Shown one piece after another: positions 1-7,618 of a DNA stretch of 42,757 bases. The stretch comes from an uncultured Clostridia bacterium (GTDB taxonomy: Bacteria > Acidobacteriota > Aminicenantia > UBA2199). The translations under genes and the position numbers were made by a program. Where the stretch lies: the NCBI GenBank assembly GCA_964583345.1, contig CAZOWT010000002.1:1-42757 (forward strand). The letters run 5' to 3'. The notes beneath the pieces are model-generated. The model did no database searches and was not told the DNA's origin. It saw only the letters and a list, made by a program, of their open reading frames with translations. Each line of letters begins with the position of its first letter. The first letter of the stretch is position 1.

Positions 1-40
1 TTAAATGCGGCTTGCTCCGATCAAACTTTTCTTTTGCCAT
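1..40 (-). CDS. tuf: Elongation factor Tu, first 13 codons only (gene runs off the left edge)
   Basis: The reverse complement of 1-40 reads ATG GCA AAA GAA AAG TTT GAT CGG AGC AAG CCG CAT TTA = MAKEKFDRSKPHL, the near-universal EF-Tu N-terminus. A GGAGG Shine-Dalgarno lies at 47-51 (minus sense). The gene sits directly downstream of a Thr-Tyr-Gly-Thr tRNA cluster, as in the classical tufB operon. Confidence 0.8.
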   Translation of the reverse strand, partial: MAKEKFDRSKPHL

Positions 41-102
41 TCATGACCTCCTAATCTTCTAAATTAATAAAAATAATTAATATAGTAATCAAAATAATAT
101 AT

Positions 103-175
103 AGCCCTCGATCAGAATTGAACTGATGACCTCATCCTTACCAAGGATGCGCTCTGCCGGCTGAGCTACGAGGGC
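103..175 (-). tRNA. tRNA-Thr (anticodon GGU)
   Basis: The minus-strand sequence GCCCTCGTAGCTCAGCCGGCAGAGCGCATCCTTGGTAAGGATGAGGTCATCAGTTCAATTCTGATCGAGGGCT folds as a cloverleaf. Acceptor stem is GCCCTCG/CGAGGGC, anticodon stem CATCC/GGATG, loop TTGGTAA. 73 nt, no encoded CCA. Confidence 0.93.
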
Positions 176-180
176 ACACA

Positions 181-253
181 AGCGGGAGACGGGATTCGAA
201 CCCGCGGCCGATAGCTTGGAAGGCTATCGCTCTTCCAACTGAGCTACTCCCGC
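181..253 (-). tRNA. tRNA-Gly (anticodon UCC)
   Basis: The minus-strand sequence is GCGGGAGTAGCTCAGTTGGAAGAGCGATAGCCTTCCAAGCTATCGGCCGCGGGTTCGAATCCCGTCTCCCGCT. Acceptor stem is GCGGGAG/CTCCCGC, anticodon stem ATAGC/GCTAT, loop CTTCCAA, T-loop TTCGAAT. 73 nt, only 5 nt from the next tRNA. Confidence 0.93.
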
Positions 254-325
254 GTTAACGACCAGCCATGTGATCAACGCAGGTTGCATAATTGCATGTC
301 CAAATCCTGCTTTTGATTCAGAAAC

Positions 326-408
326 TGGGCAGGGGCGGATTCGAACCACCGAAGGCGGAAGCCAACGGGTTTACAGCCCGTCCCATTTAACCACTCTGGA
401 ACCTGCCC
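326..408 (-). tRNA. tRNA-Tyr (anticodon GUA), long variable arm
   Basis: The minus-strand sequence is GGGCAGGTTCCAGAGTGGTTAAATGGGACGGGCTGTAAACCCGTTGGCTTCCGCCTTCGGTGGTTCGAATCCGCCCCTGCCCA. Acceptor stem is GGGCAGG/CCTGCCC, anticodon stem ACGGG/CCCGT, loop CTGTAAA. It has the bacterial class II long extra arm. 83 nt. Confidence 0.93.
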
Positions 409-428
409 GTAAGTTTTCGCAATTTAAC

Positions 429-501
429 AGCTGGCGAAGGGACTTGAACCCCCGACCTGCTGATTACAAATCAGCTGCTCTACCAGCTGAGCTACGCCAG
501 C
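429..501 (-). tRNA. tRNA-Thr (anticodon UGU)
   Basis: The minus-strand sequence is GCTGGCGTAGCTCAGCTGGTAGAGCAGCTGATTTGTAATCAGCAGGTCGGGGGTTCAAGTCCCTTCGCCAGCT. Acceptor stem is GCTGGCG/CGCCAGC, anticodon stem GCTGA/TCAGC, loop TTTGTAA. 73 nt. Confidence 0.93.
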
Positions 502-513
502 GCGCAAAAAAAG

Positions 514-543
514 AGTATACCACAACTATAGCACTTTTGTCAA
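514..543 (-). promoter_or_regulatory. Putative sigma70-type promoter of the tRNA-tuf operon
   Basis: Minus sense reads TTGACA (543-538), an 18-nt spacer, then TATACT (519-514). The -10 ends 12 nt upstream of the first tRNA 5' end. Confidence 0.5.
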
Positions 544-695
544 TTAGCTTTTAGAGGGAAACTCTTTATTCGCCGGCTTATTATAACTTTTTTTTCGAAA
601 AATATCAAGGGAAAAATAAAAAAAAATACCAGGTAAATTTTTCCCAAAAAAACGATATTTTCTGAACCGACCGGCAAAAAAAAGGGGACGGAATT

Positions 696-1721
696 TTAAT
701 ACCGGATAATACTTTTTTCAAAAATGCGCCGGACAATTTTCTGCTGCAGCCGATAGAGCCGCTTGTCAATAACCGAGAACCTTCTCTTCTCCACTTCCGG
801 ATTCAGGGTTCCGATATATTTCCCCCAGAAATCGGCAAACAATATTTTGATGTTGTAAAAGATCCAGAAAATCTTGGCCTTCAACGGAATTTTCAGTCTG
901 AAAAAAGAAATGAGGGAACGATGAACCATACGTTTGGCAATGGCAATCAAAACCCTGGTTTTGGATTTGATATAATAGATCTGAAACTCGCTTTTACTGA
1001 GAAATTGATCGATACACATCCGTTTGAGCAGATAAGAAAAACTCATTTTATGCCAGTGGAAAAATTTTGCATCGCGGGAGAGAGCGATCCGGTAGCCGCT
1101 CAGAATCATCTTTTTGGCAAAGAACATATCCTCCCCGTACGGAACGTCCGGAAAACGGACTTTCAAAAGAACCGCCCGGTCAATACAGGAAGCACAATTG
1201 TCGAAATTGCTCAATCTCCTTCTTTCCTCCGGAAACAGGGAATTCCACTCGTCTTGGGAAACCGGGCCGCTGATATCGGTTATCTGATCATGCCAGCTGT
1301 TGTGTATATGGGCATCAATCGGATCGGCATTCACGGCATCAATTTGAAAAACCCCATAACTGGCGGACGCTTTTTTTTCCAGCAAAGGCCGGGTCAGAAC
1401 CTGCAAAAATTGTTTCCCAATTGGAACGATATCATCGGTAAAAAAAACAACATACCGGCCGGACGCTATCTCTGCGGCATCCATCCGGGTCCGGCTGTGG
1501 CTGAATTCGCCTTCCGGCACATGAATGATACGCTGATTTTCAAATCCGTTTTTCTTCAGGTATTCAACCGTACCATCCGTGGAGTCATTGTCCATAAAAA
1601 TATATTCATATGACCGGGAAAAATCCTGCTGTTTTAAAATACCCACCAGCCTTTCGATAACCCCCAGGGAATTTTTGGTGGTGATCACAATCGTGAAATC
1701 AATGGATTTAGTGTTTTTCAT
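696..1721 (-). CDS. Family 2 glycosyltransferase (341 aa)
   Basis: ATG start. The N-terminus FTIVITTKNSLGVIERLV...IFMDNDSTDGT...RYVVFFTDD shows the GT2 (GT-A fold) nucleotide-binding pattern with a DxD-like motif. Confidence 0.85.
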   Translation of the reverse strand: MKNTKSIDFTIVITTKNSLGVIERLVGILKQQDFSRSYEYIFMDNDSTDGTVEYLKKNGFENQRIIHVPEGEFSHSRTRMDAAEIASGRYVVFFTDDIVPIGKQFLQVLTRPLLEKKASASYGVFQIDAVNADPIDAHIHNSWHDQITDISGPVSQDEWNSLFPEERRRLSNFDNCASCIDRAVLLKVRFPDVPYGEDMFFAKKMILSGYRIALSRDAKFFHWHKMSFSYLLKRMCIDQFLSKSEFQIYYIKSKTRVLIAIAKRMVHRSLISFFRLKIPLKAKIFWIFYNIKILFADFWGKYIGTLNPEVEKRRFSVIDKRLYRLQQKIVRRIFEKSIIRY

Positions 1722-1839
1722 GAACCAATCAGTCAGAAAACAATTTCAGTTTTACTCTTGTTAACAGAGCATCCCCAAGATAAAGCATCCCGGCCGAAAA
1801 GTCAACCTCCTCCGGTAAACGGGCGGCCTTCTGGGACAG

Positions 1840-2694
1840 CTAAGCCGGGTTTGACCCCAGAAGCTGTTTCAATTCCGGGAGAAACTGATTCATGCAGGCG
1901 AATCCTTCGCCAATCAAATTTCCGGCCTTATGGAAATCAAAGATCCGGGCCGAATTCAGCTCTGGCCTGACCAATATGTCCGGTTTGTTCGACTTCATTT
2001 TCTTTTCCGTGATTTCATTTTGCATCATAAAAATCGAATTTTCGATAATATCAATAATATTGGGGCGATCAGGGGTCAGCCATTCGACGATATTATTCTT
2101 TTCCAGATGTTTTCGTTTTCGGGACCGCAATTTTTCCTTGATAAATTCATGATTCAAGTCAACCGCCACCACCACGTCTGCCCCCATCTGCCTCACCACA
2201 TCAACCGGTACCGGATTGACCACTCCGCCGTCAATTAAAAACCGATGACCTTTCTTGAACGGGGTGAAGATTCCCGGGATGGCAATACTGGCCCGGATGG
2301 CATCGATGACCTTTCCCTGATTCAGACGGACTTCTTCCCCGGTTTCGAGGTTGGTGGCCACTGCGGTAAAAGGAATGGCCAGATCTTTGAATTGTTTGTG
2401 GGTAATCAGGCGATTGAGCAGTTTAACCACCTTGTTGCCTTTAAAAAGCCCCCGGTAGGGAACGCCGGGATCGAAATGTTTCACCACATCGGTCCACTTG
2501 ACGTCAAGCAAATATTTTTCGAAACTCTCCAGATCACCGGAAGCAAAAATGCCGCCCACCACCGAACCGATGCTGGTACCGGCAACAAACTGAATCCGAA
2601 GGCCGGCAGAAAGGAGCGATTTGATAACACCCACATGAGCGCAGCCACGGGCACCGCCCCCGCCCAGAGCCAATCCGATGGTTTTCATTATCAT
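1840..2694 (-). CDS. Patatin-like phospholipase (284 aa)
   Basis: Contains the GGGGARG oxyanion-hole motif (GLALGGGGARGCAHVGV), the GTSIGS nucleophile elbow (GxSxG) and the DGG catalytic Asp motif (FLIDGGVVNPVP). An alternative ATG lies at 2688. Confidence 0.9.
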   Translation of the reverse strand: MIMKTIGLALGGGGARGCAHVGVIKSLLSAGLRIQFVAGTSIGSVVGGIFASGDLESFEKYLLDVKWTDVVKHFDPGVPYRGLFKGNKVVKLLNRLITHKQFKDLAIPFTAVATNLETGEEVRLNQGKVIDAIRASIAIPGIFTPFKKGHRFLIDGGVVNPVPVDVVRQMGADVVVAVDLNHEFIKEKLRSRKRKHLEKNNIVEWLTPDRPNIIDIIENSIFMMQNEITEKKMKSNKPDILVRPELNSARIFDFHKAGNLIGEGFACMNQFLPELKQLLGSNPA

Positions 2695-2784
2695 CCATGA
2701 TACAGAAAAGCACTGATAAATTCAATCACCTGTTGAAGCAAAACATCATCTCCGCCAGGCGAATATCAAGAATTGCCGCTTTTT

Positions 2785-5700
2785 TTAAAGACAAAAAACC
2801 ATTTCTTCATGAAGAATCCGGATACGAATCAACCAGTTCGCCGGAATTTGCGAAACCGGAATTTGAAAATGCTGGGAATAATGCCCGTCCAGGTGATCCC
2901 GAACCGGTTCCAAAAATGCGGCATCCTTAATAAAAAACCGGATCCGGTCGGCAAACCCGGGCCCCAGATAATTCCCCTGGACATCACGGGGAAATATCGA
3001 TACCCGGAATTCCCTGACCTCCTGCCGATCGCCCTCTGTTTCTTCCAGTTTTATCTGGGTATGTTCCTCGGATACTTTGACACCCAGATATTTTTGAATA
3101 ACCTTCTGCCGCCTGAACTGCTGTCCCGAAGCAGTCGAACCTTCTGCCTGGATATCAAAGGTATAGGTCCCGGGAACACGGGTGTTGTGAATAACGGCGG
3201 TATAAATCCGGTCATCGGCTTTTAGATCGCCATTGGTTCCTCTATCCAGAAGCAGATAAACGGTTTTCTCAACTTCCGGATCAAACGATCCCGGGAATTT
3301 TTCCTGGAGAAACCGGGATTTCTTTTCCAGGTCGGATAAAAATTCACCGTCGATCAGCGCCGGTATTCCCCTTAAATCCGGGGCATTGGCCGGGTTCTGC
3401 CCCATCCAGTTTCCGAATGACTGCCGGGGCGATACAATCGTAATTTTTATATTTGCAGGCAGAAGTTCCCGGTCTTCCAGAACCGCCACCTGAATTCCGA
3501 TGGACTCACCGGCAAAAAAATTTTTTCGGTCAAAGTTAGTCAATAGTTTTAGCCGCGAATCCATCACCACCCCACAGCGGTAAGTTTCTTTCATATCGGC
3601 TTCGATTTCATTTCCCTTTATTTCAAGACTCCATTGTCCGGCTCGCTTGCAGTCTTTCAGAAATTCCTCATTCAAATAGAAAATCTGGTAGGTGTCATTC
3701 GATACAAAGGTGATGCCCGGAAAAGACGATACACTGTCGGCATCAATTATCTGCCCGTCAGGAGTTTTCAGCTTAAAATCAATGCACTTCTGATTGGGTG
3801 TCATCCAGGACAAATCAAAAGCAATTTCGGTATCATCATCTGTTATCGAGACCAGTTGCTGTTTTTTCTCATCCTTCTTGATCTGGTCTGAGCGCTCGGA
3901 TTCTGACTCCAACCCCAGCAAAGACTGATTTATGGTACTGAACCACCCCATCAGGTCCAGGCGGGAATGCACCGTTGCATCCCGGAATTCACCCCCCGAA
4001 GCCAGGGCAATATCCCTCAGTCGGGAAATTTCCATTTCACTCGCGGTCCCCATTCCCACCGAATAAACCGGACCGCAAAAACCGGAGAAGAATCCGGGAG
4101 GAAAGCCATGAACGGGACAATTTTGACCGCCATCGCTGGTCAGCAACAAAATTTTTTTGGCCGAATTGGCGCCGAGCATTTCATTGGCCAGGGATAATCC
4201 CTCGACCATGGAGGTTCCTCCGCCGGCTGTCAGCCCGGGGATGATGGTGTTGATGGCGTTCAGGCGGTTGGTTTCATTCAAAGGAAGCAGGCTTCCGGAA
4301 CCGGGAATGATATTCTCGGCCGAGGGGCCGGGAATCCCTGAAGCGGGAAAGATGACCAGTCCAAAATCGATACCAGCGGAATTTCTGAGACCCAGGTGAT
4401 CCAGAAAACTGGAAATGGCTTGCCCCGCTCTGGTTAACCTTGAATCTCCGGGACCAACCGAAGATGTCCCATCTTCCCTCCGGCTCATGCTTCCGGATAC
4501 ATCCAGCGCCAGGACCACTTGCCGGAACCGGGACGTGGGAACCTGCAGCGGATCAAACATCCTATAGAAAATTTCCGAATTTGAGATGTTTCCCTGCCGG
4601 GCCGTATAAACCAGGTGAAGCAAAGAACCGGGACCGGATAGGATCGAACCCCGGCATCCTTTTCTGGATATCCGGATATCATCCCCCCAGAATATTGATT
4701 TATTCTTGTAATAAAGGGAAAACTGGTCCCATCCCCAGTCTCCCGGGTTAGAGGCCTTCTGCCAGATCACATGCAGTTGCCCCGTAGCATCCACGCTGAT
4801 CCCGGGATTGATGGATACCGTATCCTGAGCGGTCAAACGTTCCTCCGCTTCCCATAGGCCGGACGAGACCAACCACCTGATATAGTAAATTTCGAAATTT
4901 CCATTCCGGTCATCCGCCCAGACCAGGTGAATGCTGCCGCCGGCATCCGCAACCAAATCGGGATATAATGAATCGGAAGACAATGCAAAGCTTAAGCGGG
5001 TATCCGGGCCCCAGTCTCCGGTAACCGGTTTTTTCTTATAATAGATTTCAAAACGGGTGGAGCCAACCGTATCCCGGCCGTCAGACCAGGCCACATGCAG
5101 GTTGCCTGAAGCATCAGCGGCAATGGTAGGGGTCAGTTTTTCGGAAGAAAAGGAAGTCAACTGCTCGACCAGCCCCCAGCCGGTTTCCGGAGAATATTTC
5201 CGGTAACAAACCTGGGGGATGCCGTCGGAGAAATTCCTCCATACCGCATGAACGGTATCATTCATTCCGGCCACCAGCACCGGGTTAACGCCTGAAGCAC
5301 CGCCGTCTCCGATCACGGTGGGCAGGAAATTCCAGCTGCCGGTGGCAGCCGAATAGGTCAGCACCTCTACCTTTCTGGTTACGGTGTTTTCATAGGACAC
5401 AAACAGGTTGCCAGCCGAATCCGCCACGATTCCCGGAGTGGCCTTGTCCTGGCTTTTAAAAACCGGAAGGCTCTTCTCATCCACCCCGACGATGGCATCG
5501 AAAGTCAACCGGATGTCCGGCCCCCAGCCTTTGTCAGCCGAATAATTTTTTATATACACCTCATGTTCGCAACCATTGTGATCCCGGTTATCAAGCCAGA
5601 CCACATAAATGCACCCCGAAGCATCAGCGACCAGTGCATTCTGGTTGCCGGATGATGTCGATGACATCCAGATATTGTCGGTCAGCCGCGTTGCCGGCAA

Positions 5701-5799
5701 CCAGCTTGATTGAAGGGTTGAATCAGAAAAAACAATAAGAAAAAGAAAGATAAAAAATTGAATATAAAATTGATTAGCCAGTTTCTGGTTTTTATTCAT
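2785..5799 (-). CDS. Secreted multidomain protein: signal peptide, BNR/sialidase-like repeat propeller, VWA domain, C-terminal beta-sandwich domains (~1004 aa)
   Basis: The track ORF begins at a GTG (5808). The ATG at 5799 is preceded by GGGGGTG and gives MNKNQKLANQFYIQFFIFLFLIVF, a signal peptide. About six repeats follow the pattern ADASGNLHVAWSDGRD...FEIYYKK...WGPDTRLS. The VWA MIDAS motif is LDVSGSMS, with LLLTSDGGQN downstream. Confidence 0.8.
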   Translation of the reverse strand: MNKNQKLANQFYIQFFIFLFLIVFSDSTLQSSWLPATRLTDNIWMSSTSSGNQNALVADASGCIYVVWLDNRDHNGCEHEVYIKNYSADKGWGPDIRLTFDAIVGVDEKSLPVFKSQDKATPGIVADSAGNLFVSYENTVTRKVEVLTYSAATGSWNFLPTVIGDGGASGVNPVLVAGMNDTVHAVWRNFSDGIPQVCYRKYSPETGWGLVEQLTSFSSEKLTPTIAADASGNLHVAWSDGRDTVGSTRFEIYYKKKPVTGDWGPDTRLSFALSSDSLYPDLVADAGGSIHLVWADDRNGNFEIYYIRWLVSSGLWEAEERLTAQDTVSINPGISVDATGQLHVIWQKASNPGDWGWDQFSLYYKNKSIFWGDDIRISRKGCRGSILSGPGSLLHLVYTARQGNISNSEIFYRMFDPLQVPTSRFRQVVLALDVSGSMSRREDGTSSVGPGDSRLTRAGQAISSFLDHLGLRNSAGIDFGLVIFPASGIPGPSAENIIPGSGSLLPLNETNRLNAINTIIPGLTAGGGTSMVEGLSLANEMLGANSAKKILLLTSDGGQNCPVHGFPPGFFSGFCGPVYSVGMGTASEMEISRLRDIALASGGEFRDATVHSRLDLMGWFSTINQSLLGLESESERSDQIKKDEKKQQLVSITDDDTEIAFDLSWMTPNQKCIDFKLKTPDGQIIDADSVSSFPGITFVSNDTYQIFYLNEEFLKDCKRAGQWSLEIKGNEIEADMKETYRCGVVMDSRLKLLTNFDRKNFFAGESIGIQVAVLEDRELLPANIKITIVSPRQSFGNWMGQNPANAPDLRGIPALIDGEFLSDLEKKSRFLQEKFPGSFDPEVEKTVYLLLDRGTNGDLKADDRIYTAVIHNTRVPGTYTFDIQAEGSTASGQQFRRQKVIQKYLGVKVSEEHTQIKLEETEGDRQEVREFRVSIFPRDVQGNYLGPGFADRIRFFIKDAAFLEPVRDHLDGHYSQHFQIPVSQIPANWLIRIRILHEEMVFCL

Positions 5800-5986
5800 T
5801 TTTGTCACCCCCGGGAATGAACTTGCACTTCATAGAAAATATCGGACAGAAAAATTCCCACACTTAATGCCGGTAATGCCTGAGGCATATCTCCAGCTTT
5901 CGCAACCATATTTCCGAAACCCATTAAAATTTACCTGAAAAAAAAAGGAGTGTCAACCATAGCCAATACCCGATAATAAATACAGC

Positions 5987-7006
5987 TTATATGATCATCA
6001 TGGCATCGCCGTAGGAAAAAAAACGGTATTGGTTCTCAATGGCGATTCGATAGGCTTTTTGCATCAGGCCCAGACCGGCAAAGGCCGAGACCAGGATAAA
6101 CAGGCTGGATTCCGGCAGATGAAAATTTGTAATGAGTTTATCCACCATCCTGAACCTGAATCCCGGGGTAATAAACAGCTCGGATTCAAAGGTTTCGGTT
6201 TCCGGTTTTTGCCCGGCCAGGGTTTCCAGGGCCCGGACCGTGGTGGTTCCAATTGCCAGGAGTTTTTTGCTTTTCTTTGATTCCCGGATATTTTGCCTGG
6301 TTTGCGAAAGGATGGTGACGGTTTCCTTGCCCATTTTGTGCGCTTCGATCTCTTCGGCATCAATCTTCTGGAACGTGGCTTCCCCCACATCCAGGTTGAT
6401 TTCAAAAACATCGATTTTTTTCCTGATTTTCCTCAGCAGCGCGGGGGAAAAATGCAAGCCGGCCGTGGGGGCAGCAATGGAACCGGGGCGTTTCGAATAA
6501 ACAGTCTGGTAGCGGGAAAGGTCGAATGACTTGTGGGTAATGGCTTCGGCTGATTTCCTTTTGATGTAGGGCGGCAGGGGCGCAAATCCCTGTTTTAATA
6601 CCGAAGCGAATTTTTTATTGAAGCATAAAATTCGACGGCCCCTGAATCCGGTGTCAATCACCTCTGCCCGGAGTTCACAGTCAAAAATGACCTGAACACC
6701 TTTTTTTAACCGCCTGGCTGGCAGGGCGAGCGCTTCGGCCCGGTATTCATCCAGGTTTTTGACCAGCAGGACCTCGACCGGGTGCCCGTTAATTTCACCG
6801 AAAAACTTTGCCGGCATAACCCGGGAAGTGTTGATCACCATGAAATCCCAGGGATCAATCAGGTCAAGAACATCCTTGAAAACATGATGAGATATGGCTC
6901 CGGAATCCCGGTCCACCACCATCAGTTTCGACTGGTCCCTCCTGGCCGCCGGGAAGCGGGCAATCAGTTCAGCGGGAAGGTGGAAATAAAAATCTTTGAT
7001 TTTCAC
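5987..7006 (-). CDS. queA: S-adenosylmethionine:tRNA ribosyltransferase-isomerase (339 aa)
   Basis: GTG start. MKIKDFYFHLPAELIARFPAARRDQSKLMVV matches the canonical QueA N-terminus. The C-terminus ...RFFSYGDAMMII is also typical. Confidence 0.93.
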   Translation of the reverse strand: MKIKDFYFHLPAELIARFPAARRDQSKLMVVDRDSGAISHHVFKDVLDLIDPWDFMVINTSRVMPAKFFGEINGHPVEVLLVKNLDEYRAEALALPARRLKKGVQVIFDCELRAEVIDTGFRGRRILCFNKKFASVLKQGFAPLPPYIKRKSAEAITHKSFDLSRYQTVYSKRPGSIAAPTAGLHFSPALLRKIRKKIDVFEINLDVGEATFQKIDAEEIEAHKMGKETVTILSQTRQNIRESKKSKKLLAIGTTTVRALETLAGQKPETETFESELFITPGFRFRMVDKLITNFHLPESSLFILVSAFAGLGLMQKAYRIAIENQYRFFSYGDAMMII

Positions 7007-7106
7007 GACCTAAAGTTTACTGAATTCGGATCCCTCTTTCAAGCCGGAAATTTGAAAATGGAAACCCACCGCAATTAAAGTGTCAAATTTTCAATAAAAA
7101 ATATTT

Positions 7107-7517
7107 TTAAGGTAGGCGTTCTATCTTGACCTGAACCTGTCCGCCCTGATTGGAACCATCAAAAACGGTCAGGATATACCCCCCGGTCTGGTTCAGATTC
7201 AATTCCACGGAGTTTTGGCCATTTGAGGCCGTGTTGATCGGGGGATAATAACCGGAGGAACCATCCGGATTTTGCAGATGGCCGTACGGTTCCATGCTGG
7301 TGTCGGTGGCTGTCAGGGTAATGCGAATCCGGTCTCCATTGGCCGCGGTAAACATGACCTCAACGCCGCCTCCGCCTCCGGGTACCGTCACATTCCTGTC
7401 CACCAGAATGGTAGTACCTCCGTCTTCATCCTTGCATCCGAAGGAAAATATCATCAGTATGCCCAATAAACCCATCAACCCAAACATTATTGATTTAGAT
7501 TTTTTTACACCCTTCAT
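7107..7517 (-). CDS. Small lipoprotein, PPC-like beta-sandwich (136 aa), last gene of the envelope cluster
   Basis: ATG is preceded by GGAGGG (7524-7529, minus sense). The signal peptide has the lipobox IFSFGC. The remainder is beta-rich (RIRITLTATD...GGYILTVFDG...VQVKIERLP) and resembles pre-peptidase C-terminal type domains. Confidence 0.7.
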   Translation of the reverse strand: MKGVKKSKSIMFGLMGLLGILMIFSFGCKDEDGGTTILVDRNVTVPGGGGGVEVMFTAANGDRIRITLTATDTSMEPYGHLQNPDGSSGYYPPINTASNGQNSVELNLNQTGGYILTVFDGSNQGGQVQVKIERLP

Positions 7518-7537
7518 GTTTTTCCCTCCGGTTTTAC

Positions 7538-7564
7538 ATTATATAACTCATTTTCAATTGTCAA
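7538..7564 (-). promoter_or_regulatory. Possible internal sigma70-type promoter for the lipoprotein gene
   Basis: Minus sense reads TTGACA (7564-7559), a 15-nt spacer, then TATAAT (7543-7538). The spacer is shorter than optimal, so this is tentative. Confidence 0.35.
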
Positions 7565-7618
7565 ACACAAAAAAAAAATACCCATTTAAATTCCGGCATC
7601 AATCGGACAACCTCATTT

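Noticed and set aside
270-554. 94-aa plus-strand ORF
   Set aside because: It lies entirely antisense to tRNA-Tyr and tRNA-Thr(UGU). It is a reading-frame artefact of the structured tRNA genes.
1840-2694. Patatin-like phospholipase as a CBASS or other defence effector
   Set aside because: No cyclase, sensor, TIR or other defence partner lies adjacent. Its neighbours are a glycosyltransferase and a secreted VWA protein, and it resembles housekeeping RssA-type patatins.
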